A stretch of 64,000 nucleotides of DNA, taken from Chromatiales bacterium. GTDB lineage: Bacteria > Pseudomonadota > Gammaproteobacteria > JAHELT01. Below the pieces are notes generated by a model. That model had not been told where the DNA came from. It did not search any database and saw only the letters and a program-made list of their open reading frames with translations. The stretch lies in assembly GCA_024644045.1 (NCBI GenBank), contig JAHELT010000005.1:8149-72148 (forward strand), read 5' to 3'. Positions within the stretch are counted from its first letter, which is position 1; each line of letters opens with the position of its first letter. Position numbers and translations under genes: made by a program. Below, in pieces: positions 27,738 through 37,680 of this stretch.

Positions 27738-28304
27738 TCACTTACCCGCGGAGGGGGACAGTGCCCGGTGGTGCAGTTTTTCCAGGCGCCGCCGGGCCGA
27801 GTGCAGCAGCACCTTCGAATAGACTTTGTGAAACCCGAGCAGCATTGCGTAGCCGCGGCCGAGCGACTGCTCGCCCGTCTCACCGCTGCGCACGGGCAGG
27901 ACCGCCGAACCGAACAGCAGCCGCGTGGCCGGCGAAGCGCCGGCGGTTGTCGGTACGAGCATGAACCAGGATCGGGTGCGTGCGTGCAAATCGCACATCA
28001 GGAGCTGATCGTGCGTTCGATCCTCCACGGTCCAGGCCGCAAAAGCGTCGATCGAACCGTCCGCGAGCTGCCTCGCCTGCGTATCCGTCGAAGGCCGGCT
28101 CACCAGGTGTTTCAAGATCACACGTTCGAGCTTGAACACGGGCGTGGTGTAGAAAGCGAACACGAACTCCGGCAGCGCGACCCGCGTATGGACCGTCACC
28201 GAATAGCAGTCAGTGTACGTGCCGGCCGCTTCCGGTTGTGTGCGCTCACAGTACCGGTTCAACAGGGCGCGTTCCGGAAGGGGACAGGGATCTATCCATG
28301 CCAT
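27738..28304 (-). CDS. Hypothetical protein (188 aa), no family recognised
   Basis: Intact ORF between two annotated genes with plausible composition. No motif was assigned. Confidence 0.35.
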   Translation of the reverse strand: MAWIDPCPLPERALLNRYCERTQPEAAGTYTDCYSVTVHTRVALPEFVFAFYTTPVFKLERVILKHLVSRPSTDTQARQLADGSIDAFAAWTVEDRTHDQLLMCDLHARTRSWFMLVPTTAGASPATRLLFGSAVLPVRSGETGEQSLGRGYAMLLGFHKVYSKVLLHSARRRLEKLHHRALSPSAGK

Positions 28305-28473
28305 GTGTGGGATTCCGGATTCATTTCCTCGGTAGCGCGCGTCGATGCGGTACTTCAGGGGTGCGACCGCCGTGGCGCTACCTCGGCGGGCACGCAGCGC
28401 GGATACTCCTCGACCGAACCGCCGAGCTGCACATGAGCGCCTTCAAACCCACAGCGCCCTGAATGCGCCTGGG

Positions 28474-29694
28474 TCAGTTAATGCCGCGCAGCGCGGTTTC
28501 CAGGTGAGCGACCGTGCGTTCGATGTTGTGCAGCTTGTCCAGCCCGAAGAGGCCGAGCCGGAAGGTGCGGAAGTCCGCCGGTTCGTCGCATTGCAGCGGA
28601 ACGCCGGCGGCGATCTGCAGGCCCTGTGAGGCGAACTTGCTGCCATTGTGCAGGTCGGCCTGATCGGTGTAGCTGACCACCACGCCCGGCGCCTGGTAGC
28701 CTTCGGCCGCTACGCTTTTGAAGCCGCGTGCGCTCAGCAGCGCGCGTACCCTGTCGCCCAGTGCCTGTTGTTCCTCGCGAACCTTGTCGAAACCGTAGGC
28801 TTCGGTCTCCTGCATGGTGTCACGGAACGCCGCAAGCGCATCGGTCGGCAGGGTCGCGTGATAGGCGTGCCCGCCATTTTCGTAAGCCCGCATGATGTCG
28901 AGCCACTTGCGCAGATCGCAGGCGAAGCTCGTGCTGCGCGTCTCGGCGATTCGCTCACTGGCAAGGGGGCTGAGCATCACCAGTCCGGCGCAGGGCGAGG
29001 CGCTCCAGCCTTTCTGCGGCGCGCTGATCAGCACGTCCACGCCGGTGGCCTGCATATCGACCCAGATCGCACCGGAGGCAATGCAATCGAGCACCAGCAT
29101 ACCGCCTACACCGTGGGCGGCTTCGGCAACCCGACGAATATAATCGTCAGGCAGCAGCATGCCCGACGAGGTCTCGACGTGCGGCGCGAACACCAGATCC
29201 GGACGCACGCGATCAATGGTCGCCACCACTTCGTCCACGGGAACGGGCGCGAACGCGGGCTGCGGTCCCGCGTCGAGCGGCCGCGCCTTCAGCACGGTCT
29301 CGGCTTCCGGAATGGCGCCGGCCTCGAATATCTGCGACCAGCGGAAGCTGAACCAGCCGTTGCGAATCACCAGGCAACGCCGGCCGGTGGCGAACTGGCG
29401 GGCCACCGCCTCCATGGCGTAGGTCCCTCCGCCGGGCACCACCGCGACCGCGTGGGCGTTGTAGACCCGCTTCAGGGCGCCGGATACATCCCGCATCACC
29501 TGCTGGAACGATTGCGACATGTGGTTCAGCGAGCGATCAGTGAACACCACCGAGTACTCGAGCAGACCTTCGGGATCGACGTCGGGCAGCAGACCGGGCA
29601 CGGTGGCTCCTCGCGAGTTACTGAAGTGTCCTATTGTGCTACGTTCCGCCGGGTGCGGCAAAGCGGCCGCTTCCTCAGAGCGCGGCCACCGCAA
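28474..29694 (-). CDS. Class-V (fold type I) PLP-dependent aminotransferase (serine--glyoxylate / AGXT family-like)
   Basis: The SAPQKGW PLP-lysine region and overall AGXT-like layout support the call. The start is uncertain and may be internal; the 5' end overlaps the upstream DUF2182 gene by 20 nt. Confidence 0.7.
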   Translation of the reverse strand: MRWPRSEEAAALPHPAERSTIGHFSNSRGATVPGLLPDVDPEGLLEYSVVFTDRSLNHMSQSFQQVMRDVSGALKRVYNAHAVAVVPGGGTYAMEAVARQFATGRRCLVIRNGWFSFRWSQIFEAGAIPEAETVLKARPLDAGPQPAFAPVPVDEVVATIDRVRPDLVFAPHVETSSGMLLPDDYIRRVAEAAHGVGGMLVLDCIASGAIWVDMQATGVDVLISAPQKGWSASPCAGLVMLSPLASERIAETRSTSFACDLRKWLDIMRAYENGGHAYHATLPTDALAAFRDTMQETEAYGFDKVREEQQALGDRVRALLSARGFKSVAAEGYQAPGVVVSYTDQADLHNGSKFASQGLQIAAGVPLQCDEPADFRTFRLGLFGLDKLHNIERTVAHLETALRGIN

Positions 29695-30508
29695 CGCCCG
29701 CGGCGATCAGCCCCGTTCCGGCGACACGGCCGAACCAGACGCCGCGCGCCAGCGTCTTCTCGACCAGCACGAACAGCGCAAGGCCCACGATCCAGTACAG
29801 GTTCATCACGCCGCCCGCGAACAGCAGTGCCATCAGAAACCAGCAGCAGCCGAGGCAGAAGCTGCCGTGTCCCGCGCCCATCACCAGGGCACCGAAGTTA
29901 CCCGGGCGTCTGTGGCGCACCAGGTAGTGAACCGGAGAGCGGCAGTGCTTGAGGCACGCCTGCTTGATCGGGGTCAGCTGCCATAGCCCGGCGGCGATCA
30001 GCAGCGCGGCCGTCAGCCGGTAACTGGTGCTCTCCAGCATCGGGGAGAGCAGGCCGGCAAGCGTTAGTGTCCACTGCAAGGCCACTGCTGTCGCGCTGAA
30101 CACCAGCCAGACGACCAGGTAGCCGGCGGTAAAAAACCCCGCGCTGCCATACGGTGGGCTTCGCGTACCGCTGCGCCGATTGATCGCCGCGGCGAGAAGA
30201 ATGGTGGGTGCAGCGCTCGGCAACATCATCGCGACCATCATGACCCACCACATGGCAAGCATGACTGCGGCGTAGCCGGCGTCCCACGCGTGCCCGCCGG
30301 TCGGCGTGCCGCCGTTCGTCGCCATAGCCGTCGCCGTCTGCTGGCCCGGCATGACGGCACGCGTCATCCCAAAGGCGCTCATTTCCATGCCCACGCCGGC
30401 AAGGGTGTAGATCCAGGCAAGCGCGGCAACCAGCACGAGCGCGGCAACCACCAGCCGGCGGTCGCGCCGCAGCAGTTGCTCGAGCGGCGGTGTCGATACG
30501 GCGGACAC
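29675..30508 (-). CDS. DUF2182 family integral membrane protein (predicted metal-binding)
   Basis: 277 aa, multi-TM. Pairs with the adjacent DUF1326 gene, as is typical. Confidence 0.7.
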   Translation of the reverse strand: MSAVSTPPLEQLLRRDRRLVVAALVLVAALAWIYTLAGVGMEMSAFGMTRAVMPGQQTATAMATNGGTPTGGHAWDAGYAAVMLAMWWVMMVAMMLPSAAPTILLAAAINRRSGTRSPPYGSAGFFTAGYLVVWLVFSATAVALQWTLTLAGLLSPMLESTSYRLTAALLIAAGLWQLTPIKQACLKHCRSPVHYLVRHRRPGNFGALVMGAGHGSFCLGCCWFLMALLFAGGVMNLYWIVGLALFVLVEKTLARGVWFGRVAGTGLIAAGVAVAAL

Positions 30509-30511
30509 GGC

Positions 30512-31150
30512 TCAGCCGTGAACCACCCCGGCGTTCGAGTGGCGCAGAACGTTGAACTGACCGAAGCTGTCTTTCAGGTCAAGCTGCACCGCTGCGTCCT
30601 TGCCGGTGCGGGACGTTGCGCTGCCGATCTCCGCAAACTCGAACTCGATGCCGTTCGGTATATCGATGCGTACCCGGTGCTCACCGTCCCCGTGCGGCGG
30701 ACGTATCGGGCTCCCGGTCGAGTCCAGAACGCCGGGTATGACGGCGCGCGCGGTGCGGGCCTCGATGTCGACCTCGAAGTCGATGGGTTTGAAGAGCGTC
30801 TCGTGAACCGTATCCGACATCGCCCGGAACACCCACCAGTGGGTGGCGGCCTCGTCGGTCTCCTTGCCGTGCAGCACGGTCTCCAGGGCGCGGCGCTGCT
30901 GCGCATCGGCGCGCTCGTCGATGATCGCCTGCAGCTCGCCCTTACCCTCGAAAACCGGGCCCGGCCAGGCGTACAGCATCGCGAATTTCAGGCCGCTCAA
31001 GTCCACTTTCCCGAACCGGCCGGTATCGATCCGGACCACCTCGAACCCACGGCAGTTGCCGTTGGTCGGCAATGCCTCGAACTGGCAGGGGCAACCGTAG
31101 CTGCAGTTGCAGTTGCCGAACTCCACACCTTCGACGTACCAATCGATCAT
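30512..31150 (-). CDS. DUF1326 family protein
   Basis: MIDWYVEGVEFGNCNCSYGCPCQF is the N-terminal Cys-rich DUF1326 signature. Start at M13 of the track ORF. Confidence 0.75.
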   Translation of the reverse strand: MIDWYVEGVEFGNCNCSYGCPCQFEALPTNGNCRGFEVVRIDTGRFGKVDLSGLKFAMLYAWPGPVFEGKGELQAIIDERADAQQRRALETVLHGKETDEAATHWWVFRAMSDTVHETLFKPIDFEVDIEARTARAVIPGVLDSTGSPIRPPHGDGEHRVRIDIPNGIEFEFAEIGSATSRTGKDAAVQLDLKDSFGQFNVLRHSNAGVVHG

Positions 31151-31232
31151 GGCGATCACCGTAAGTCTGCGGCGTTTATCGTGCACTGAGCATAGTCCAT
31201 TCGATATGAAGTTGCTCAGCCTTACCAGATAT

Positions 31233-32225
31233 TCATGTTAGCGCCGTGCGCGCTGCCAGCAGTCGGTCGACCGCGTCGCAGGCAGCGCGCAGACGCTGCT
31301 CATAGCCGCCGCGTATCAGTACGAACGACCGATCGCGGCCTTCCAGCGCGGCACGGTAACGCGTGAATATGGCGTGCCGTTCCCGTTCGAGGAAGCGCTG
31401 TCGGTCATCGATCCATGGCACGTCGACGTCGAGCAGAAGATACAGATCGTACGTGCGCTGCTCGGCGAGTGCCGCAACGTCGTGCGGGCATTCGCCGAAC
31501 AGGATCTGGCTCCAGAGCATGGTGGTCAGGACGTCAGTATCACAGAACAACAGTCGGTTCGCCCGACGGGCCAGGGCGTCTTCGCTGGCAGCCTGACCGT
31601 AGGCGATCCGGGGAATGTCGGCGGGGTCGCAGCGACCGCCCTCGGGGTTCAGCAGCTCCCTCGCGTACTCGGGCACCCACACCGTGTGGTAGCGGCGTGC
31701 CAGGCGCCTTGCGAGCTCGCTTTTTCCGGTGGACTCGGGTCCGAACAGGCAAACGCGCAACACGTAGTAAGGCCGCACCGGAACGGGCAGATACCGCCAG
31801 TGCGCGAGGGGATCGCCGCGAATTGCGCTTGCGGAGATCGGAACGGCAGTCCGCGAAGGATCGACAGGGACGAACTCAGCGCCCACCAGTGTCGCGACCC
31901 GGGCGCCGTAACTCTCGGATGCAAACACCCGGTCGACGCCACGCGGAAACAGGCCGCACAGATGCGCTTTCCAAAGGGCCCAGAAATCCGGGTGCTCTTC
32001 GGGGTAGTGCGGCAAGCGCTCGTCGTTAGTGTGGATCAATCTCACATCGGTAAACAGCTCGCGCAACCAGCCGGCCCTCAGTCGGGGGTCGAGCACATCG
32101 CTCGCCCGCGAGTAGAAAAGCAAGTAGAGTTTCTCGACCCGCGCCCTTGCGAAATCGACCAGGTAAACGTGACCGGCATGCGGAGGCATGAACTTACCGA
32201 TGATGATTCCCGTGGCAGCACGCAT
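31233..32225 (-). CDS. NadR-like bifunctional NMN adenylyltransferase / ribosylnicotinamide kinase (no HTH domain)
   Basis: IIIGKFMPPHAGHVYLV is the HxGH nucleotidyltransferase motif. The second half carries P-loop LFGPESTGKSELARRLA. Start chosen at MRAATGIII. Confidence 0.75.
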   Translation of the reverse strand: MRAATGIIIGKFMPPHAGHVYLVDFARARVEKLYLLFYSRASDVLDPRLRAGWLRELFTDVRLIHTNDERLPHYPEEHPDFWALWKAHLCGLFPRGVDRVFASESYGARVATLVGAEFVPVDPSRTAVPISASAIRGDPLAHWRYLPVPVRPYYVLRVCLFGPESTGKSELARRLARRYHTVWVPEYARELLNPEGGRCDPADIPRIAYGQAASEDALARRANRLLFCDTDVLTTMLWSQILFGECPHDVAALAEQRTYDLYLLLDVDVPWIDDRQRFLERERHAIFTRYRAALEGRDRSFVLIRGGYEQRLRAACDAVDRLLAARTALT

Positions 32226-33156
32226 GCGCAGCGATCCGTCGTCCCCAGTCCGTCTTACGCTCGTCATTGTATGCATTGCCTTGAGCAGTGTCGGCCTGAC
32301 GCTGCGGGCCGCGGCTGACGTCAAGGTTGCCGAGAACGCCCAGCCGATCCTGCTGGCGCTGCATGAATGGACCGGCCAGCAGGTCACGACGCGGCTCGCC
32401 GGGAGCATGCTCGAGGTGCTGGGCTACCGGGTCGAGTATCTCACCGCCGGGGCGTACACCGCCGCGCTGGCGCTGGCGAACGGCGAGCTGGCGGCCTCAC
32501 TGGAGGTGTGGAGCAACAACCTCGGCGAGCACTATCCGCGGCTGCTGGCGAGCGGGCAGATCGAACGCCTCGGCGAGCTGGGCCTGGTTGCGCAGGAGGG
32601 CTGGTTGTACCCCCAGCACATGGCGAAGGCGTGCCCGGGGCTTCCGGCCTGGCAAGCGTTCCTTGGATGCAGCAGAACGTTCGCCACACCGGAGACCTGG
32701 CCGCTGGGACGCTTCGTGGACTACCCTGCCGAGTGGGGCGCACGGGCATCCAGGTTGATCGAGGAAGAGGCGCTGCCGTTCGCGGCGATTCCCGGCGGCA
32801 GCGAAGGCGCGATGCTGGCCGAGATGCGCAGTGCCACGGTTCGGCGTACGCCGCTGGTCATGATGTTCTGGGCACCGCACTGGGTGCTGTCAAGGATCGA
32901 GCACGGCTGGGTGGAGATACCCGAACCGTTGCGCGCGCGTTACGGACTCGAACGGCCGAGCGTCTTCAAAGCCGCCTGGCCCGGGTTGAGGGCCCGGTGG
33001 CCGACCGCCCACCGGCTGCTGTCCGGCTTTACGCTCGACAACGACACGCAGCAGCGACTTGTCAATCGGATCGACAACCACGGCGAGCCCCTGCAGGCGG
33101 TCGCCCGGCAATGGGTCACCGAGCACCGGGCGACCTGGATGCTGTGGGTGCAGTAA
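32224..33156 (+). CDS. ABC-transporter substrate-binding protein, glycine-betaine/choline (OpuAC/ProX-like) type
   Basis: Signal peptide MRSDPSSPVRLTLVIVCIALSSVGLTLRAAAD. The start is uncertain; its ATG overlaps the nadR-like ATG on the opposite strand (GCATGC). Confidence 0.65.
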   Translation: MRSDPSSPVRLTLVIVCIALSSVGLTLRAAADVKVAENAQPILLALHEWTGQQVTTRLAGSMLEVLGYRVEYLTAGAYTAALALANGELAASLEVWSNNLGEHYPRLLASGQIERLGELGLVAQEGWLYPQHMAKACPGLPAWQAFLGCSRTFATPETWPLGRFVDYPAEWGARASRLIEEEALPFAAIPGGSEGAMLAEMRSATVRRTPLVMMFWAPHWVLSRIEHGWVEIPEPLRARYGLERPSVFKAAWPGLRARWPTAHRLLSGFTLDNDTQQRLVNRIDNHGEPLQAVARQWVTEHRATWMLWVQ

Positions 33157-33240
33157 GTGCGGTGATCCCGTGGCGGGACAACCTTGCGGTCCCCTTCTCG
33201 ACACTTCCCATTTACCACTTGCGCCAGGCCGCAGTGCGCT

Positions 33241-34785
33241 CTAAAGCACCGCCTCGATCAGGTAAGGCCCTTCGGCAGCGATCCCGCGTGCCAGCGCGCG
33301 GCAGAACTCGTCCGCCGTTGCGGCGCGCTCGGCCTCGACCCCCATGCCGCGGGCGATCGCCACCCAGTCGAGATCCGGCCGGCCGATTTCGAGCATGTCG
33401 AGCGCCTTGCGCCCCGGCTGCGCAGCGCCCATGTTGCGCAGCTCACCTTTGAGAATGGCGTAATCCCGGTTGGCGAAGATGACGGTGGTGACGTCCAGTC
33501 CCTCGCGCGCCTGGGTCCAGAGAGACTGCACGGTATACATGGCACTGCCGTCGCCGGAGAGACAGAGCACTTTACGGTCCGGGCAGGCGACGGCGGCACC
33601 CGTGGCCAGTGGTAAACCGAGCCCGATCGACCCGCCCGTGTTGTTGAGCCAGTCGTGCGGCGGTGCGCCGGCAGTGTACGGGAAAAAGCCCCGTCCTGTG
33701 GTTATCGCCTCGTCGGCGACGATCGCCTGCTCCGGAATCAATGCACCCAGCGCCTGCGCGAGGCTGTCCTTGTCGAGCGCGCCCTGCGGCAGCGCCGGGC
33801 GCCGCGACGACTGCACGAGCGCAGCCCCCGCTTCCGCACCCAGTTCCTGCGCCAGCCACGCCAGGGCATGCGCCGAATCCTCCGCGGCGCTCGTCAGACG
33901 GTGAATCTCGCAGCCGGGCGGCGCCAGCAGGCTCGGTTTGTCCGGGTAGGCGAAGAACGCCACCGGCGCCTGCGCACCGACGAGCACGATGTGCCGGTAG
34001 TGGGCGAGCGCCGCAAGCGCCTGATCGACGGGGAACGGTATGCGTTCGACTGCCACACGGCCCGCGCCGCGCTGCAGACGGGCGTTCGCGAGCTGCGTCA
34101 TCAGGCCGGCGCCGGTCGCCGCCGCGATGCCGCCGGCCGTACGCAGCGCAGCTTCGCGCAACGCAGGCCCGGCGAGCAGCAGCAGCGTCGGCTCGCCGGA
34201 GCGCAACACGTGCACCGCATCGTCGATCGCCTGCTGGGTAGCCTGTCGCCGTTCACCCGGCGCCTGCGCCGGGGCCGGGCCGTCGCATTCCTGCCACGCC
34301 GAATCGGCCGGCAGGATGAGCGTGGCAATCTGACCGGGCGGCTCGGTGGCGGCGCATACCGCCGCCGCCGCATCGCCGGTGGCGGCGGCGGCAGAGCGAG
34401 CCGTGCGCACCCAGTGCGAGACCGGCCTTGCAATCGCCTCGATGTCGGCAGTGAGCGGCGCGTCGTGGGCAATGTGGTAGGTCGCGTGTTCGCCCACCAC
34501 GTTGACCATCGGCGAATGCGCTTTCTTCGCGTTGTGCAGATTGGCGAGACCGTTGCCGAGGCCCGGCCCCAGATGCAGCAACGTTGATGCGGGCCTGTCG
34601 GTCATCCGCGCATAGCCATCGGCCGCCCCGGTTACCACACCTTCGAACAGTCCCAGCACACAGCGCATGCCGTCGACGCGATCCAGCGCAGCAACGAAGT
34701 GCATCTCGGAGGTTCCGGGATTCGTGAAGCACACGTCGACACCGGCGCTCACGAGGGTCCGGACCAGGCCTTCCGCTCCGTTCAT
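33241..34785 (-). CDS. Thiamine-pyrophosphate-dependent enzyme (acetolactate synthase large subunit / benzoylformate decarboxylase family)
   Basis: N-terminal TPP-Pyr domain (GVDVCFTNPGTSEMHF) and C-terminal GDGS...N TPP-binding motif (LSGDGSAMYTVQSLWT). Confidence 0.85.
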   Translation of the reverse strand: MNGAEGLVRTLVSAGVDVCFTNPGTSEMHFVAALDRVDGMRCVLGLFEGVVTGAADGYARMTDRPASTLLHLGPGLGNGLANLHNAKKAHSPMVNVVGEHATYHIAHDAPLTADIEAIARPVSHWVRTARSAAAATGDAAAAVCAATEPPGQIATLILPADSAWQECDGPAPAQAPGERRQATQQAIDDAVHVLRSGEPTLLLLAGPALREAALRTAGGIAAATGAGLMTQLANARLQRGAGRVAVERIPFPVDQALAALAHYRHIVLVGAQAPVAFFAYPDKPSLLAPPGCEIHRLTSAAEDSAHALAWLAQELGAEAGAALVQSSRRPALPQGALDKDSLAQALGALIPEQAIVADEAITTGRGFFPYTAGAPPHDWLNNTGGSIGLGLPLATGAAVACPDRKVLCLSGDGSAMYTVQSLWTQAREGLDVTTVIFANRDYAILKGELRNMGAAQPGRKALDMLEIGRPDLDWVAIARGMGVEAERAATADEFCRALARGIAAEGPYLIEAVL

Positions 34786-34981
34786 GCTGCCGTCGCTCTC
34801 CCACTGTCAACCGCCATTCCGGGATACTACTTTAATACGAATGAGCAGCGGCCGGCAGCCACTGCCCGGCAAAGCAGGATTACGGTTGACCCGCTGCAGG
34901 TCGTTGGTCCCGCGCGGCCGCTTGCGGGCACGATTATTCGTGTACCATTGACTCGACCGGTTGACAGGAGGAGCAGCGTAC

Positions 34982-35230
34982 ATGGCTGATTTCGACCAAA
35001 CGGTGACATTTCCGCAGGAAGTCATCGAATACCAGACGCGCGACGGGCTCAGCATTGCCGCGGCCTGGCGCAGCTACCGGGGATTGACGCTCACCCAGCT
35101 TGCCGAAAAATCGGGTGTGCCGGAGCCGGACATCGAACAGCTGGAAGATTCGGGCGCCGCGGCGCAATCCGATACGATAGAGAAGCTCGCCGCCGCGCTC
35201 AACTGCAGCGTGGATCAACTCAAGGGATAA
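34982..35230 (+). CDS. XRE-family HTH transcriptional regulator
   Basis: LTLTQLAEKSGVPEPDIEQLE...IEKLAAALNCSVDQL is a Cro/C1-type HTH. Start at MADFDQ. Confidence 0.6.
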   Translation: MADFDQTVTFPQEVIEYQTRDGLSIAAAWRSYRGLTLTQLAEKSGVPEPDIEQLEDSGAAAQSDTIEKLAAALNCSVDQLKG

Positions 35231-35232
35231 CG

Positions 35233-36654
35233 ATGAACGAACGGGAGCCGGCGTTCGGCGTACCCGCGGATTTCGTGGCAGATCCGCATAAGGTCGCTGC
35301 GGTAAAGCAACAGTTGATCGACGCCGGAACACGCTTCTGCTACGCCGCCTTCGTCGACGTGCACGGTATCCCGAAAAGCAAGGTAAGCCCGATCCACAGC
35401 TTCGAGAAAATGTGCAACGGGCACGAGTTGTACACGGTCGGCGCGAACGAAGGCATGGGCCTCGCTGGACCACACGAGGACGAGTGCGCGGCGGTGCCCG
35501 ACCTCGACAGCCTGATCGTGTTTCCCTGGGACGCTACGCAGGCGTGGTTCAGCGCAGACCTCTGGCACAACGGCACACTCTACGCGAACAACCCACGCCA
35601 GCTGCTGCGTAAAGTCCTGGCCGAGGCGAGCGACATGGGTTACCGCTTCGACCTGGGCATGGAGCCGGAGTTCTACGTTTACAAGCAGGACGCTGATGGC
35701 CTGCAGCCCATCACCCGCACACAGTTCAAGGGTCCGAACGCCTGTTACGACGTTACCCTGGCCGCGGAATCACAGAGCCTGCTGGCGGTGATTGCCGACT
35801 ACCTGGATACGCTGGGCTGGGGGTTGTACTCCTTCGACCAGGAATGCGGACGCGGCCAGCACGAGTTCGACTTCGGCTACGCCGATGCCCTGACCATGGC
35901 CGACCGCTTCGTGTTCTTCCGTTTCATGGTGAAACACGTGGCCCAGGCGGCGGGCGGCGTTGCCAGCTTCATGCCGAAGCCGTTTGCGGACGATTTTCGC
36001 AGCGGCGCACATTTCAACATGTCGCTGGCGGACGAAAAAACCGGCGCGAACCTGTTTGCACCCGGCGCCGGCCAGGGCACTGCATTGAGCCGGAAATACG
36101 GGATACCGCATTCCGATCTGGCGCTGCACTTCGCCGCCGGCGTACTGAAGCATGCCGGCGCGATCACGGCGCTGACCTGCCCTACCTACAACTCCTATCA
36201 GGGACTGACGGCGCAGGGCGAGCTGGCCGACTTCTCCTGGGCGCCGATCCTGGTGGTCTGGGGCAGGAACAACCGCTCGGCGATGCTGCGCTTCCCGATG
36301 AACCGACACTGCTTAGAGAATCGCGCCGCCGACAGCTCCTGTAATCCCTACCTCGGCGCGGCTTTGACGCTCGCTGCCGGCCTCGAAGGCATCCGTGAAC
36401 GGATGGACCCCGGGGAGCCGATCAACACGGACGTGTACCTGATGGGCCGCACGGCGCTGAAACAGGCCGGCATCGGAACGCTGCCGCCGACCCTGCTGCA
36501 CGCGCTGGAGGCCTTCGAGCAGGACCCCCTGGTGGACAGCGCGCTGGGCACGGAGTTCAAGAACATTTTTCTGGCACAGAAGCGCAAAGAATGGGAGCGC
36601 GCCTTTCTTTACGTGTCGGCGGAACAGCGTGAAGCAATGCTGACTTTCATCTGA
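35233..36654 (+). CDS. Glutamine-synthetase-family ligase (type III GS / gamma-glutamyl-amine synthetase, PuuA-like)
   Basis: GlnA catalytic-domain pattern (FDLGMEPEFYVY..., ...NRSAMLRFP...NPYL); 473 aa. Confidence 0.85.
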   Translation: MNEREPAFGVPADFVADPHKVAAVKQQLIDAGTRFCYAAFVDVHGIPKSKVSPIHSFEKMCNGHELYTVGANEGMGLAGPHEDECAAVPDLDSLIVFPWDATQAWFSADLWHNGTLYANNPRQLLRKVLAEASDMGYRFDLGMEPEFYVYKQDADGLQPITRTQFKGPNACYDVTLAAESQSLLAVIADYLDTLGWGLYSFDQECGRGQHEFDFGYADALTMADRFVFFRFMVKHVAQAAGGVASFMPKPFADDFRSGAHFNMSLADEKTGANLFAPGAGQGTALSRKYGIPHSDLALHFAAGVLKHAGAITALTCPTYNSYQGLTAQGELADFSWAPILVVWGRNNRSAMLRFPMNRHCLENRAADSSCNPYLGAALTLAAGLEGIRERMDPGEPINTDVYLMGRTALKQAGIGTLPPTLLHALEAFEQDPLVDSALGTEFKNIFLAQKRKEWERAFLYVSAEQREAMLTFI

Positions 36655-36931
36655 CCGGGTTGTGCTGGCCTTTCTGCTCGGATGGTCGTGGTACTCGCCG
36701 AAGCGGTTCGGAAGCCAATGGGCCGAAGGTGTGAGTGTGAAGTTCGAAGGCTTCCGGCGCCGGTCGCCACGGTGACTGAGGCGAGGCCCGTTCCTGCTGT
36801 CCCGCGCGGCGCTTCGCTGACGATCATCCTGATCAGGATCACGATCGTGTTCCTGATCGTGGCAGGCGGGAACTTCTTTCAGAAGAGCAGCCACGCCATC
36901 TGAACGGACGCGGCGCGGCGACGGGGCGCGA

Positions 36932-37621
36932 TCAGAGGTACGGGCTGGATTCGCGCAACGCCTCGAGCTTCGTGCGCTTGCGGATCAGACCGGTCTCCAG
37001 GCCGGTTACTTCGCTCTCCAGGGCGCCGATCTCCTTCGCCAGTTCGCGGGTCTGCTGCAGCAGCTGCGCGCGCCGGTCGCTGGTCACGCCGTCGCTGATC
37101 AGCTCCGCTTCTGCGCGGGCGAGCTCGTCGTTCAGAGTCTGCAGCGTTGTTGTCCTGGCATCGACTTCGCGTTCGTCATTGCGAACCTGCGCGTTCAGCT
37201 CGTAGAGCTCGCGCCCGTCGCTGTAGCCGAGCTTGAAGGCATACTCCAGATCGCCGGGACACACACCCTGGTAGAGCTTGCCCCGGTAGCCCACGCGGAA
37301 GCCGTTGGCTTCGCGGCAATATTCGACCAGCCCCTGGTCACGGCCGGCGGTATAGGCATCCAGATCCGGCGCCACGCCGTACCGGGCGCAATCCTCACGG
37401 TGTTTTCCCACCACGTCCGCGACCTTGCCCCGGGCGCCGTCCTGATAACCGATCGTGCGCCAGTCGGCGTTCAGGCATTCATCCTTGTCCAGCGTTGCGC
37501 AAGCGGTTGCGCCGAAACCGAGCAATGCCAACACACAGCCGCGAATACCACCACAAGCCGTCACGATACATCTCCATCCGATTCGCGCGGTATTATTGCG
37601 CGATATCGGCTTGCGATCCAT
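36932..37621 (-). CDS. DUF2799-domain lipoprotein
   Basis: CATLDKDECLNADWRTIGYQDGARGK and CREANGFRVGYRG are DUF2799 motifs. Signal/lipobox GFGATAC. Confidence 0.6.
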   Translation of the reverse strand: MDRKPISRNNTARIGWRCIVTACGGIRGCVLALLGFGATACATLDKDECLNADWRTIGYQDGARGKVADVVGKHREDCARYGVAPDLDAYTAGRDQGLVEYCREANGFRVGYRGKLYQGVCPGDLEYAFKLGYSDGRELYELNAQVRNDEREVDARTTTLQTLNDELARAEAELISDGVTSDRRAQLLQQTRELAKEIGALESEVTGLETGLIRKRTKLEALRESSPYL

Positions 37622-37680
37622 CGAGCCATCTGCTTGACTCGGGCCCCTGACCGCCGCCGACGGGTCCGCAGTCGACGTCC

